DNA of 64,000 nt. Source: an uncultured Pseudomonadota bacterium (GTDB taxonomy: Bacteria > Pseudomonadota > Alphaproteobacteria > RF32 > CAG-239). Shown one piece after another: positions 9,706 through 18,496 of this stretch. Numbering within the stretch: the first letter of the stretch is position 1; each line of letters opens with the position of its first letter. The stretch lies in assembly GCA_949295085.1 (NCBI GenBank), contig CASFJS010000008.1, forward strand, positions 38,855-102,854, in the 5' to 3' direction. Position numbers and translations under genes: made by a program. The notes under the pieces were generated by a model that was not told where the DNA came from, did not search any database, and saw nothing but the letters and a program-made list of their open reading frames with translations.

Positions 9706-11178
9706 TTATTTTCTCCGTTTACACAACATCATTTTAAATTTTTGCACCGTTCGCCGACGGCTGAATGTCCTTTTCAAAAAGCCCATGCCGGCAGTAGCTT
9801 TTTGCCAAACTTCGGTTAAAGCGCCATCTTCATTGGCTACCAGCCAGACAGCCGGTTTTTTTGATAATAACTGATATTGGTTACCGCAAAGTTTAAATAA
9901 GTAATTATTTTTCGGCACCGGTTTTATCATCGTAAAGTTGCAGCTCTCCGCCAGCGGCCGAAAACTTTCGGCAACAAAGCAGGGACAATGCGTCGGGATA
10001 AACACGGCCCGCGGCATAATCCGGCGGATAATTTCCCAATCTCCGAAGAAACCGTGTCCGGCGCCTTGCAATATCGGATAATCCTTTAAGTTGACAAACG
10101 GAATATTGCGAACATTGAGCTGTCCTTTAAGCGGATTAAAATAAGTGCGCGCCGTAATCAGGGCAAAACTGTCTTTGGGCGATTCGTCAATATTACCAAG
10201 GTCGTTAAATGCACCGATAACCACGAAGTTATTTTCCAATTCCGCAACATCATCAGGCATCCCGTAAAAAACTTTAATTTTTTCCCGAGCCATTTTGGCA
10301 AAATCGATTCCGTAATTTTCCAGCATCTTAAGATAGACATAAAAATCATCTTCGCCATAGAAAACAACATTTTTCTTAAGCTTTAACGCCGCTAAAAAGG
10401 CTAAAATATACATCTCGACATGTGTCGGGTATACCGGCAAAAAAATTTTTTTCTTGCGCGATTTGCGAATAATCCGCACCAGAGCCTTTAAGACATCGGC
10501 TTCCCGCCAGGCGATTCCGTCATTATCGATTCCGCAAAAATCAGCCACCGCAAAGTCAACTTTATCCGCCAGTTGTTGCAGGCGTTTAAGATTCGTCGGC
10601 TGACGGAAATAAGTCGTCTGATCGGTTTTCATATCGCCGCTGTGGTAGACGGTGGTTTGCCCGTCGCCGATAATGTAGCCGAAACTGTCAAAACAGGTAT
10701 GTGAAGCGCTGATAACCTCAATCTTAAGCAGACCACAGGTAAATTTATCACCGCCTTTGATCTCCACAAACTCCGGTTGCTTGGTTTTGCCGATTTGATA
10801 ACGCAAATACAGATCGTCCAGCACCATTTTGGTATACCGTCCGCCGTACAATGGCGGAAGTTTGTAGCCGGCACGGATATAATGGACAATACCGTTCAGG
10901 TGGTCGGGGTGTGAGTGTGTCAACAGCAGGGCTTTTAGATTAAACCCTTTATCCTCCAGCAATTCACGGATATCCGGCACCGCGGCGACGGAATTTTTAA
11001 TCCCCAAAGCCTGATGGTTATCAAATTTGCCCAAATCAACCACCACGGAAGTACATTTACGCCGGCCTCTTTCTTGTCCGACACAGGTATACCGGTAGCA
11101 ATGCCCGCTGATCTGGTCTATATTGTTGCCGCCGAGCGGTTGCCAATACAAACCTGTGTCCTGCAAGGATACGTCCAT
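9706..11178 (-). CDS. RNase J-like metallo-beta-lactamase/beta-CASP hydrolase
   Basis: 490 aa. Motifs seen: LLTHSHPDHLNG (MBL motif II), HSGDMKTD, VADFCGID and GAGHG..IPTHC. Their order matches the RNase J layout, but the protein is divergent. Confidence 0.6.
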   Translation of the reverse strand: MDVSLQDTGLYWQPLGGNNIDQISGHCYRYTCVGQERGRRKCTSVVVDLGKFDNHQALGIKNSVAAVPDIRELLEDKGFNLKALLLTHSHPDHLNGIVHYIRAGYKLPPLYGGRYTKMVLDDLYLRYQIGKTKQPEFVEIKGGDKFTCGLLKIEVISASHTCFDSFGYIIGDGQTTVYHSGDMKTDQTTYFRQPTNLKRLQQLADKVDFAVADFCGIDNDGIAWREADVLKALVRIIRKSRKKKIFLPVYPTHVEMYILAFLAALKLKKNVVFYGEDDFYVYLKMLENYGIDFAKMAREKIKVFYGMPDDVAELENNFVVIGAFNDLGNIDESPKDSFALITARTYFNPLKGQLNVRNIPFVNLKDYPILQGAGHGFFGDWEIIRRIMPRAVFIPTHCPCFVAESFRPLAESCNFTMIKPVPKNNYLFKLCGNQYQLLSKKPAVWLVANEDGALTEVWQKATAGMGFLKRTFSRRRTVQKFKMMLCKRRK

Positions 11179-11197
11179 CTAAAGATACCCGAAAATA

Positions 11198-11938
11198 TTA
11201 AAGTTGTCTGGCCTTTTTCAAACGATATTCTGCCAGTTTGGCCTCACGCCAGGCATGAGCCGCAGCCGCGGCTTTAGCCTCAAGCTGTTGGGTATTTTCG
11301 GCCAAAAATTTACTTTTTTCAAGCTTTTTAATCTTAACGGCCGGCTGGGGATTATTTTGGCGTTCCAGACTGGCCTGCACAATACCCTTATAAGCCTTTG
11401 ACAACCGCTGAGCATATTTTTTTGCCTTGCGCGGCAGGCTGGAATGGTAGGCCGTTGCTGCTTTGTTCCAGTCATAGCCTTTCTTTGCATAAAGCTTTTT
11501 CAAAAACTTGGCGCCATATTCCACGTTTTTATAGGGGTTAAAGGCTTCATCCAGATTATCAAAAGCCTCCGGATGATAGGCCAGATTGATTTGCATACAC
11601 CCGACATCAATACTCTTAACACCTTTGGCCTGCAGCTTTTTAACCGCGGCAATGGCCTCCTGCTTGGTGTCAAAATAACGTCCCTTGCCTTGGGCATTAA
11701 CCGTCCACGGCCAGGCCGTATTCCGTTGGCGCTCTTGATTCCAACGGCCGGATTCAACATTGGTAATGGTAGAAAGCAGGTGTTTTTTGATTTGGTATTT
11801 TTTCTCAAGCTGCCGTGCTGCAACTGTACAAACCTCTGCATCATCAACATATTGCGGGTATTCCGAGGCTTCTGCCGGTTGCACCAGCATTAGCAAAAAT
11901 AACAAAAACATCAAAAATTTTGATACGAAAAGTCGCAT
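11198..11938 (-). CDS. lytic transglycosylase (SLT domain), secreted
   Basis: 246 aa with a signal peptide (FLLMLVQPAEA). It has the catalytic-region pattern ITNVESGRW and CMQINL. Confidence 0.8.
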   Translation of the reverse strand: MRLFVSKFLMFLLFLLMLVQPAEASEYPQYVDDAEVCTVAARQLEKKYQIKKHLLSTITNVESGRWNQERQRNTAWPWTVNAQGKGRYFDTKQEAIAAVKKLQAKGVKSIDVGCMQINLAYHPEAFDNLDEAFNPYKNVEYGAKFLKKLYAKKGYDWNKAATAYHSSLPRKAKKYAQRLSKAYKGIVQASLERQNNPQPAVKIKKLEKSKFLAENTQQLEAKAAAAAHAWREAKLAEYRLKKARQL

Positions 11939-12152
11939 CCCTCTGCTCCCTTAAGTTCGCCACAAACATCCCTTATGCAACAAACGTGCCAATTTCAATT
12001 TGCTTAACGGCTTTATCTTTCCTTGTAAAATACATCAAAAACTTAAGGTTAAATTAGCCACATTTCTCGGCATACACCAGCCGAAAAAAACAACAACTCG
12101 TTCATTCATATATTAACGAATTGTTAACACACAAGAGGGCTATATAGCATAA

Positions 12153-13055
12153 TTATTTTTTAAAATCCAGCAAAAAATGACCCAATTCGACGATTGCGCG
12201 ACTAAGGTTGTGGCTAACATCTTGAAAATTTGCTTTTTTTTGGTAAGATTGTTCATCCATATAAAGTCCGCGATTGACTTCAATTTGCAGGGTATAGATA
12301 TTTTTGCGGGGTTGGCAGTAATTAAAAGTTATGAACGCGCCGGCATACGGACGGTTGAATTCGCCGCGCCAGCCGACAGCATCCAACGCATCAAACAGCT
12401 TTTGTGACATTTCATGCGGGCAACTTTCGTCAAACAGGTTGCAAACGCAAAAATCAAGCGGTCTGGCCTCGTTCATAATATGGCAAATGACGGACGGCAT
12501 AGAATGGCAGTCAATCAACAGACAAAAGCCGAATTTACGTTTGCATTTGTCCACCAGCTGTTTAAGCCGTCTGTGGTAGGGATCATAGGCATTTCTGAGG
12601 CGTTCGGCGGCCTCGTCGTAATTTAAAAGACCGTCATAAATATTTTTGTTTTGATAAACCACACGATGCAACACACCGAGCCCGACCCGGCAACGTCTTG
12701 AGTTAATGTCACCGGTTTTCGGTGCATTAAAAAACATAGTGTCGTCAAGCTCGATTTTATCGCGGTTAACATCAACAAAAGTGCGCGGCAGATTAAGGCT
12801 CAAAAGAGGAATTCCGTCATCGGAAGCCGGTTTAACCAGCTCGGTTACAAAACAGTCCTCGGAAACACGAAGCTCGTGAGGTGTTAACACGCTGTTTTGC
12901 AAAAATTCTTCGGGAAAAGTGTTGCCGGCGTGCGGTGATGACAAAACAATCGGAAATTGAGGCTCTTTGACATTAAACTCGTCAAAGATTTTAAGCTTTG
13001 TATAATCGACCGTAAAATCCAATATTTTGTCGTTCATTAAAATCGGCTCCCTCAA
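12153..13055 (-). CDS. N-formylglutamate amidohydrolase family protein
   Basis: 300 aa. The SSPHAGNTFPEEF, VDVNRD and IDCHSMP motifs are characteristic of the FGase family. Confidence 0.75.
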   Translation of the reverse strand: MREPILMNDKILDFTVDYTKLKIFDEFNVKEPQFPIVLSSPHAGNTFPEEFLQNSVLTPHELRVSEDCFVTELVKPASDDGIPLLSLNLPRTFVDVNRDKIELDDTMFFNAPKTGDINSRRCRVGLGVLHRVVYQNKNIYDGLLNYDEAAERLRNAYDPYHRRLKQLVDKCKRKFGFCLLIDCHSMPSVICHIMNEARPLDFCVCNLFDESCPHEMSQKLFDALDAVGWRGEFNRPYAGAFITFNYCQPRKNIYTLQIEVNRGLYMDEQSYQKKANFQDVSHNLSRAIVELGHFLLDFKK

Positions 13056-13166
13056 TTTTTTGCAGCGTACCTTTGATTATAAGCGGGCAAAACTTAAATA
13101 TTCACTAATGGCCGAAAAAAAGACTTGCATTTACCGGTAAGATATATTATCAAAGAGCTTGTCATG

Positions 13167-13266
13167 GCGATGGAGCGGAAGCTCCAAAGCTTATGAGCCA
13201 GAGCAGGCTTGCCTGCGACCGGTATAATTATTAAGAATTTTCCTTTATGGGTGTGTAGCTCAGGTA
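13167..13266 (+). repeat. 100-bp direct repeat, copy 1 (tRNA-Val leader plus first 18 nt of the tRNA)
   Basis: Read off base by base, this copy is identical to 13378-13477. It contains a TATAAT at 13223-13228. Confidence 0.9.
13249..13266 (+). pseudogene. truncated 5' fragment of tRNA-Val
   Basis: gggtgtgtagctcaggta matches nt 1-18 of the intact tRNA-Val at 13460. It is followed by the hairpin ggctccggtggagc plus a T-run. Confidence 0.6.
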
Positions 13267-13377
13267 AAACGGCTCCGGTGGAGCGGTTTTCAACGAAAGG
13301 CGAGAGTTTGTTAGTTTATGAGCAAGCTTTTAGCGCAGCGAAATAAACGTTACAAACCGAGTGACCGCAGCGAGTTA

Positions 13378-13477
13378 GCGATGGAGCGGAAGCTCCAAAG
13401 CTTATGAGCCAGAGCAGGCTTGCCTGCGACCGGTATAATTATTAAGAATTTTCCTTTATGGGTGTGTAGCTCAGGTA
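13378..13477 (+). repeat. 100-bp direct repeat, copy 2
   Basis: Same sequence as 13167-13266. This copy continues into the complete tRNA-Val. Confidence 0.9.
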
Positions 13478-13532
13478 GAGCGTTACGTTGACATCGTAGA
13501 GGTCGCAGGTTCGAGTCCTGCCACTCCCACCA
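13460..13532 (+). tRNA. tRNA-Val (anticodon GAC)
   Basis: GGGTGTGTAGCTCAGGTAGAGCGTTACGTTGACATCGTAGAGGTCGCAGGTTCGAGTCCTGCCACTCCCACCA. The anticodon loop is TTGACAT, the T arm is perfect and CCA is encoded. Two caveats: a T-T mismatch at acceptor pair 4:69 and a short 5-nt D loop. Confidence 0.78.
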
Positions 13533-13545
13533 ATTGACAATCAAA

Positions 13546-13569
13546 GCCTCCTTTAAGGAGGCCTTTTTT
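13546..13569 (+). terminator. rho-independent terminator after tRNA-Val
   Basis: Stem gcctcc, loop tttaa, stem ggaggc, followed by cttttttat. Confidence 0.6.
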
Positions 13570-13583
13570 ATAAACGATACGGT

Positions 13584-14369
13584 ATGAAAATAGGCGTTTT
13601 TGATTCCGGTCTGGGCGGTTTGGTCATCACCAGAGCTTTTAGAGAAACATTGCCTGAATATGACTATGTTTACTACGGCGATACGGCTCGTTTACCCTAT
13701 GGTGAAAAAACGTCCGGCCAGATATTGTCCTATACCATTGAGGCGATAAAATACCTGATAGAACAAAATTGCGGCCTGATTATTATTGCCTGTAACACGG
13801 CGACATCGATTACGCTGCGTTATCTGCAACAGCGGTTTATTCCGACATTTGCACCCGACATTAAAGTTTTGGGCGTGGTTATTCCGACGGTAGAAGAAGC
13901 TGCCATCGGTAAGACTTCCCGTGTTGGCGTTTTAGCCACCAACGCCACGGTGCGTTCGCACATATATCAAGCCGAGCTGCAAAAGATTAATCCTGCGCTG
14001 GAGGTCTTTGAGGTTGCGGCGCCGGAGCTGGTTCCGGATATTGAATCCGACAATTTTGCCGCGGCCGAGGCGGCAGCCGGCGAATATATCCATGCTTTTG
14101 ACAATATCGATTCGCTTATTCTGGGTTGTACACATTACCCCTTGCTCAAAACAACATTTCGTCGTCTGGTTTCGGAAAGAGTACGTGTCATATCGCAAGA
14201 CGAGCTGATGGGTGCCAAGCTGCACGACTATCTGCGGCGGCATATAGAAATTGATATTACCTTAAGTCGCGGCGGCAGTTTAAGGGTTTTGGTCAGCCGA
14301 CTGAATGACCGCTATCGTCAGGTCGCCGGCCGTCTGTTTCCGGGGATAGATATAGAAGAGAAGCCGTAA
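13584..14369 (+). CDS. murI: glutamate racemase
   Basis: 261 aa. Motifs seen: GVFDSGLGGL, ACNTATS and GCTHYPLL. Confidence 0.92.
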   Translation: MKIGVFDSGLGGLVITRAFRETLPEYDYVYYGDTARLPYGEKTSGQILSYTIEAIKYLIEQNCGLIIIACNTATSITLRYLQQRFIPTFAPDIKVLGVVIPTVEEAAIGKTSRVGVLATNATVRSHIYQAELQKINPALEVFEVAAPELVPDIESDNFAAAEAAAGEYIHAFDNIDSLILGCTHYPLLKTTFRRLVSERVRVISQDELMGAKLHDYLRRHIEIDITLSRGGSLRVLVSRLNDRYRQVAGRLFPGIDIEEKP

Positions 14370-14951
14370 ATGCGCAAAGATTTTTACCTTTTTCGCCATG
14401 GCGAAACCGCTTACAACGCTGCCGGTCGCTGGCAGGGACGCAGTGTTGATCTGCCGTTGGATTCCTTAGGACTTGAACAGGCTGCATCTTTAGCCGCAAA
14501 GCTGCAAGACAGGGGGCTTGAAGTAATCTATTCATCACCGTTGCGGCGTGCTTTGCAAACCGCCAAAATTGTTGCCGCGCCGCAGAATTTGGCAATTCGG
14601 ATTCTTCCGGAGTTGACCGAAGGAGCTTTCGGTGTTTGTGAAGGAATGCTAACAGGCGATATCGCCGCGCAATATCCGGCGCTTTGGCAGCGGTGGTACA
14701 AAGAAACGACGGCTTCGGATACGCGCTGGCCGGGCGGCGAGAGCAAGTTTGAGATGCAGCAGCGGATGTTCAAAGGTTTTGAAAAGATGCTGACCGCGCC
14801 GGAAAATATCATCGGCGTTGCTTCGCATAGCGGCTCCATGCGTTATTTTTTGCTGGCATTTGGTTATGGTCCGCACAAGATTCCGAATACCTCGGTATTT
14901 CATTTGTTTTACAACGGCTCTTGGCATCTGGACGACTCAGCCGTCGGTTAG
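14370..14951 (+). CDS. histidine phosphatase (phosphoglycerate mutase) family protein
   Basis: 193 aa with the RHGET catalytic motif. Its start abuts the murI stop (TAAATG). Confidence 0.8.
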   Translation: MRKDFYLFRHGETAYNAAGRWQGRSVDLPLDSLGLEQAASLAAKLQDRGLEVIYSSPLRRALQTAKIVAAPQNLAIRILPELTEGAFGVCEGMLTGDIAAQYPALWQRWYKETTASDTRWPGGESKFEMQQRMFKGFEKMLTAPENIIGVASHSGSMRYFLLAFGYGPHKIPNTSVFHLFYNGSWHLDDSAVG

Positions 14952-15042
14952 CCCGCTATTGTCCTTTTGAATATCAATCTTTTCCGTTTTTTAAAGCAGC
15001 CCGAAAAAATTTGCCTCCGGCCGGCGCAAAACATGATAAAGC

Positions 15043-16401
15043 TCAACGTTTGGATCTGCCGGCATAAGGATTATCGGTTTTACGCACGGTTATGCGCAGG
15101 GGAATACCGCCGAGATCAAAGGTTTCGCGCAGATTGTTAACCAAATAGCGCAAATAAGAATCCGGCAATCCCTCGGGATTACTCGAAAAAACATAAAAGG
15201 CCGGCGGCCGGGTTTTGGCTTGTGTAATATAACGCAACTTAATCCGGCGTTTGTTTTTACCCAAAGGCGGCGGATTATTGCTCAAAATATCAGCAAACCA
15301 CTTATTTAACGGCGCCGTCGGGATTCGTGTTTGCCAGCGGTCATAAACCTTAAAGACGGCACGCATAAGCTTATCAAGATTTTCTTTTTTGAGTGCCGAT
15401 ATGGTGACGGTGGGTATCCCCTCGGCCTGAGTCAGTGATGTTTGCAGCTTATAATTAAGTTTATCAAGGGCTTCTTTACGATCGGCAATATCCCACTTAT
15501 TCAGGGCAATGACCAAAGCGCGCCCCTCATCCAGAACCTGCCGGGCAATGGTAAGATCCTGTTTATCCAAAACACTGCCGGCATCCAAGACCAAAACCAC
15601 GACCTGTGCTGTAAAAGCAGCGTGTTTGGTCGCAGAGGCAGCCATCTTTTCCAAACTGTCTTCTATTTTGGCCTGCCGGCGCAGGCCTGCCGTATCCACC
15701 AGATTTATCCGTCGCCCCTCATATTCCCATTCATTGCTGACGGCATCACGGGTAACGCCGGCTTCGGGGCCTGTCAACATCCGCTCGTCATTCAAAAGCG
15801 CATTAACCAGAGTTGATTTACCCACATTGGGTCGCCCGACAATAGCCAATTGAACAGGACGTTTACAATCATCTCGTTTTGTTTCGGAAAGCTCCGTCAA
15901 CCTTTGAGCCTCGGCAATTTCTTTTAAGGCATCATACAAATCATTTAGGCCGAGCCCGTGTTCTGCCGAAAAAGCAATCGGTTGCCCAAAACCAAGCCGA
16001 TAAGCTTCATGAATACCGTCTTCTTGCAGTTTACCCTCACATTTGTTGGCCAGCAAAACAACCGGCTTAGCAGCCGGGCGTATAAGCTTGGCCAGTTCAA
16101 CATCATAAGGATGTAAACCATCGCGGGCATCAAACATAAAAACAACGGCATCCGCATCATCAACCGCTTTTTGCGTCTGCAGCCACATTCTTTTCTCGAT
16201 ATCATCTTCATGCGAGGCTTCATAACCGGCCGTATCAATAATTTTTAACGGCAGATCTTGCAATTTGGCCGTGGCAATTTTGCGATCGCGCGTCACACCG
16301 GGGCGGTCATGAACAATAGCCATTTTACGCCCGGCCAGCCGGTTAAATAAAGTCGATTTACCGACATTGGGCCGTCCGATAATTGCAATTTTAAGAACCA
16401 T
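15043..16401 (-). CDS. der: ribosome-associated GTPase Der/EngA
   Basis: It has two GTPase domains (GRPNVGKSTLFN and GRPNVGKSTLVN) plus a KH-like C-terminus. I chose the start at MVLKIAIIG; the ORF is open back to 16425. Confidence 0.95.
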   Translation of the reverse strand: MVLKIAIIGRPNVGKSTLFNRLAGRKMAIVHDRPGVTRDRKIATAKLQDLPLKIIDTAGYEASHEDDIEKRMWLQTQKAVDDADAVVFMFDARDGLHPYDVELAKLIRPAAKPVVLLANKCEGKLQEDGIHEAYRLGFGQPIAFSAEHGLGLNDLYDALKEIAEAQRLTELSETKRDDCKRPVQLAIVGRPNVGKSTLVNALLNDERMLTGPEAGVTRDAVSNEWEYEGRRINLVDTAGLRRQAKIEDSLEKMAASATKHAAFTAQVVVLVLDAGSVLDKQDLTIARQVLDEGRALVIALNKWDIADRKEALDKLNYKLQTSLTQAEGIPTVTISALKKENLDKLMRAVFKVYDRWQTRIPTAPLNKWFADILSNNPPPLGKNKRRIKLRYITQAKTRPPAFYVFSSNPEGLPDSYLRYLVNNLRETFDLGGIPLRITVRKTDNPYAGRSKR

Positions 16402-16411
16402 TCTGCCGACC

Positions 16412-17728
16412 CTATCTGTAAGCAACTATTTCGGCATCTTTAGTGGTCAAAAGCAGCGTTTCGCCGGCAACAATCGGCGTTGATTCAATACCTTCTTCCA
16501 CATCGGCAACGCCAAGGATTCGCCCGTTATAAGGCGAAACCGAAAAGAGCTTACCGTTGCTTGAGGCAACCAGCAGGGCATCATTGGCCAAAACCGGTCC
16601 GGATGTAAAGATTCCGACTTGTTCTTCACCTCCGGCATAAGGTATAATGGTCGACCAGATAATCTTGCCGTTTTGTTTATCAAGAGCAGCCAGATCACCG
16701 TCATTGGTCAACACAAATACAAAATTTCCCGCAACCCATGGCAAAGACGATGCTGCAATTTCTTTTTGCCAAAGTTTAACGCCGGTACGAATATCAATGG
16801 CCACCAGAGGCGCGTTATAGCCAACGGCAAAAACCTTGTCATTATCAATAACCGGACTGGCTTTAACCGAAGTTATGTCGGCAATTGATTCCGTCGTGCT
16901 TCCCGGAACAAGCCACTCCGCCCACAACGGCGTTCCGGTAGAGGCTTTATAGGCTTGTATCTGGCCGTTGGAAAAGGCGGCCACCACCAAATCTTTTTCG
17001 GGGCTGTAAGCTGGTGCCGCACCCCCGATCATGATGGTGCTTTCGGCCTCAAGTTTATCCTTCCATAACCGGCTTCCGTCGGCAATTTTAAGAGCATAAA
17101 TACCGTTATCAAGCGTCTGGATAATCACAAGCTCATCATTAACCGTCGGCGCAATACGAATGGGAGCCCCAATGTCCTGCTGCCACAAAAGCTTACCGTC
17201 TTTGGCATCAAGAGCAAATACCCAGCCAAACCCGGTCGTAACAAATACCTTACCGTCATAAAAGGCTATACCGCCTCCCGAAATAGAGGCTTCGGCGGCT
17301 TCTTCATTTTCCGGTTCAAGCTCTTTTTCCCAAATATTTTCGCCGTCTTGCAGGCTAAAAGCGCTGACCAGTCCTTCGGCATCAACGGTAAACACAAGAC
17401 CGTCGGCAACAATCGGTGTCGCAACCAAAACATTGCGTTTGGAAGATCCTTCGCCGAACGAGGTATTCCATATTTCATCCAGATTACCGCCGGCACGAAT
17501 ATGGCCGACAAGATGCGCAGAATTACCGCCGGTTTGCGACCATTGCATATTTTCGGAAGCACGCGGTAATTTTACTTTAATTTGTCCGGCAGCATATTCC
17601 GGCTGCAGATTTCTGTTTTCGCGTATGACACCGACCCGTTCGCCTTTAATATCCAAAGGCTCATCGGCAAACAAACCGCATCCGCTCAAAATTGTTACTG
17701 CCAAACAGCCGTAAAAAATTTTTTTCAT
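16412..17728 (-). CDS. bamB: outer membrane protein assembly factor BamB
   Basis: 438 aa with a lipobox (TILSGC) and PQQ-like beta-propeller repeats. It sits in the conserved yfgM-bamB-der order. Confidence 0.85.
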   Translation of the reverse strand: MKKIFYGCLAVTILSGCGLFADEPLDIKGERVGVIRENRNLQPEYAAGQIKVKLPRASENMQWSQTGGNSAHLVGHIRAGGNLDEIWNTSFGEGSSKRNVLVATPIVADGLVFTVDAEGLVSAFSLQDGENIWEKELEPENEEAAEASISGGGIAFYDGKVFVTTGFGWVFALDAKDGKLLWQQDIGAPIRIAPTVNDELVIIQTLDNGIYALKIADGSRLWKDKLEAESTIMIGGAAPAYSPEKDLVVAAFSNGQIQAYKASTGTPLWAEWLVPGSTTESIADITSVKASPVIDNDKVFAVGYNAPLVAIDIRTGVKLWQKEIAASSLPWVAGNFVFVLTNDGDLAALDKQNGKIIWSTIIPYAGGEEQVGIFTSGPVLANDALLVASSNGKLFSVSPYNGRILGVADVEEGIESTPIVAGETLLLTTKDAEIVAYR

Positions 17729-17742
17729 ATTTTTATCCTGAC

Positions 17743-18423
17743 TCAGTTGGTTTCATCCAAAAGGTTAATCATATCTAAAGCTCTGGTTTTCAGATCATCG
17801 GAAGCTGTTTCGGATGAAGCGATTTTCTCATATTCGGCCTTAGCCTGAGAGGGATTGTTTTCCCTGATATAAAGCATTGCCGCCAGTTCTCGGGCAATAT
17901 CCGATCCGCCCTCGTCTTTGAGCAGAGGGGTCAAAAGACCGATAATTTCTTCGGCCGGAGCATTATCATCCAATTTATACGATGCCAGTTTTAACGAGGC
18001 GATATCTTTAATTTGCGGCGATGCGGACTTATCGTCAATAAGAGCCTGCAAGACCACTTCGGCATCATCCTGACGTTGTTGCTCAAGATAAACATTGGCA
18101 ATCTGTATTTTGGCAATATCGGCATAGATACCGGTTGCTTTTTCGGCCAGCATATTATAAATCTCAAGACTTTCGTCCAGACGCCCCTGACTCTGCAAGG
18201 ACAGCGCAACCGAATAGGCGTTGGATAATTCTTGCGCCTTGCGGGTCTGCCATCCTTTAAAGCTCTCAAAGCTGACGGCTGCCGTCAAAATAAGGGCTAT
18301 GCCGATGATAATAAATAAACCGTATTTATCCCAAATCTGTTGCAACTGATCGTTTTTAACATCATCAACAACCTCTCGCAACAAAGCATCATTATCTATT
18401 TTGTTTTGTAATTTATTTTTCAT
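17743..18423 (-). CDS. YfgM-like membrane-anchored TPR protein
   Basis: 226 aa with a single N-terminal TM segment followed by a TPR-like helical domain. It lies immediately upstream of bamB. Confidence 0.7.
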   Translation of the reverse strand: MKNKLQNKIDNDALLREVVDDVKNDQLQQIWDKYGLFIIIGIALILTAAVSFESFKGWQTRKAQELSNAYSVALSLQSQGRLDESLEIYNMLAEKATGIYADIAKIQIANVYLEQQRQDDAEVVLQALIDDKSASPQIKDIASLKLASYKLDDNAPAEEIIGLLTPLLKDEGGSDIARELAAMLYIRENNPSQAKAEYEKIASSETASDDLKTRALDMINLLDETN

Positions 18424-18496
18424 TAATATCTCCGTCTTGATGTGGAATAATATTCTTTATAGCCGAAATATTTCGGCTACGCAAAGCATTTTTTTA

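Noticed and set aside
13125-13150. sigma70 promoter TTGCAT...TATATT upstream of the duplicated tRNA leader
   Set aside because: The spacer between the hexamers is only 12-14 nt.
13167-13532. Integrated genomic island at tRNA-Val
   Set aside because: Only 111 nt separate the repeats and no integrase is present. The duplicated part is the 5' end plus leader, not the 3' end. At most this is a scar, and it is reported as a finding rather than as a mobile element.
13350-13544. 64-aa minus-strand ORF
   Set aside because: It lies across the tRNA-Val gene and its duplicated leader.
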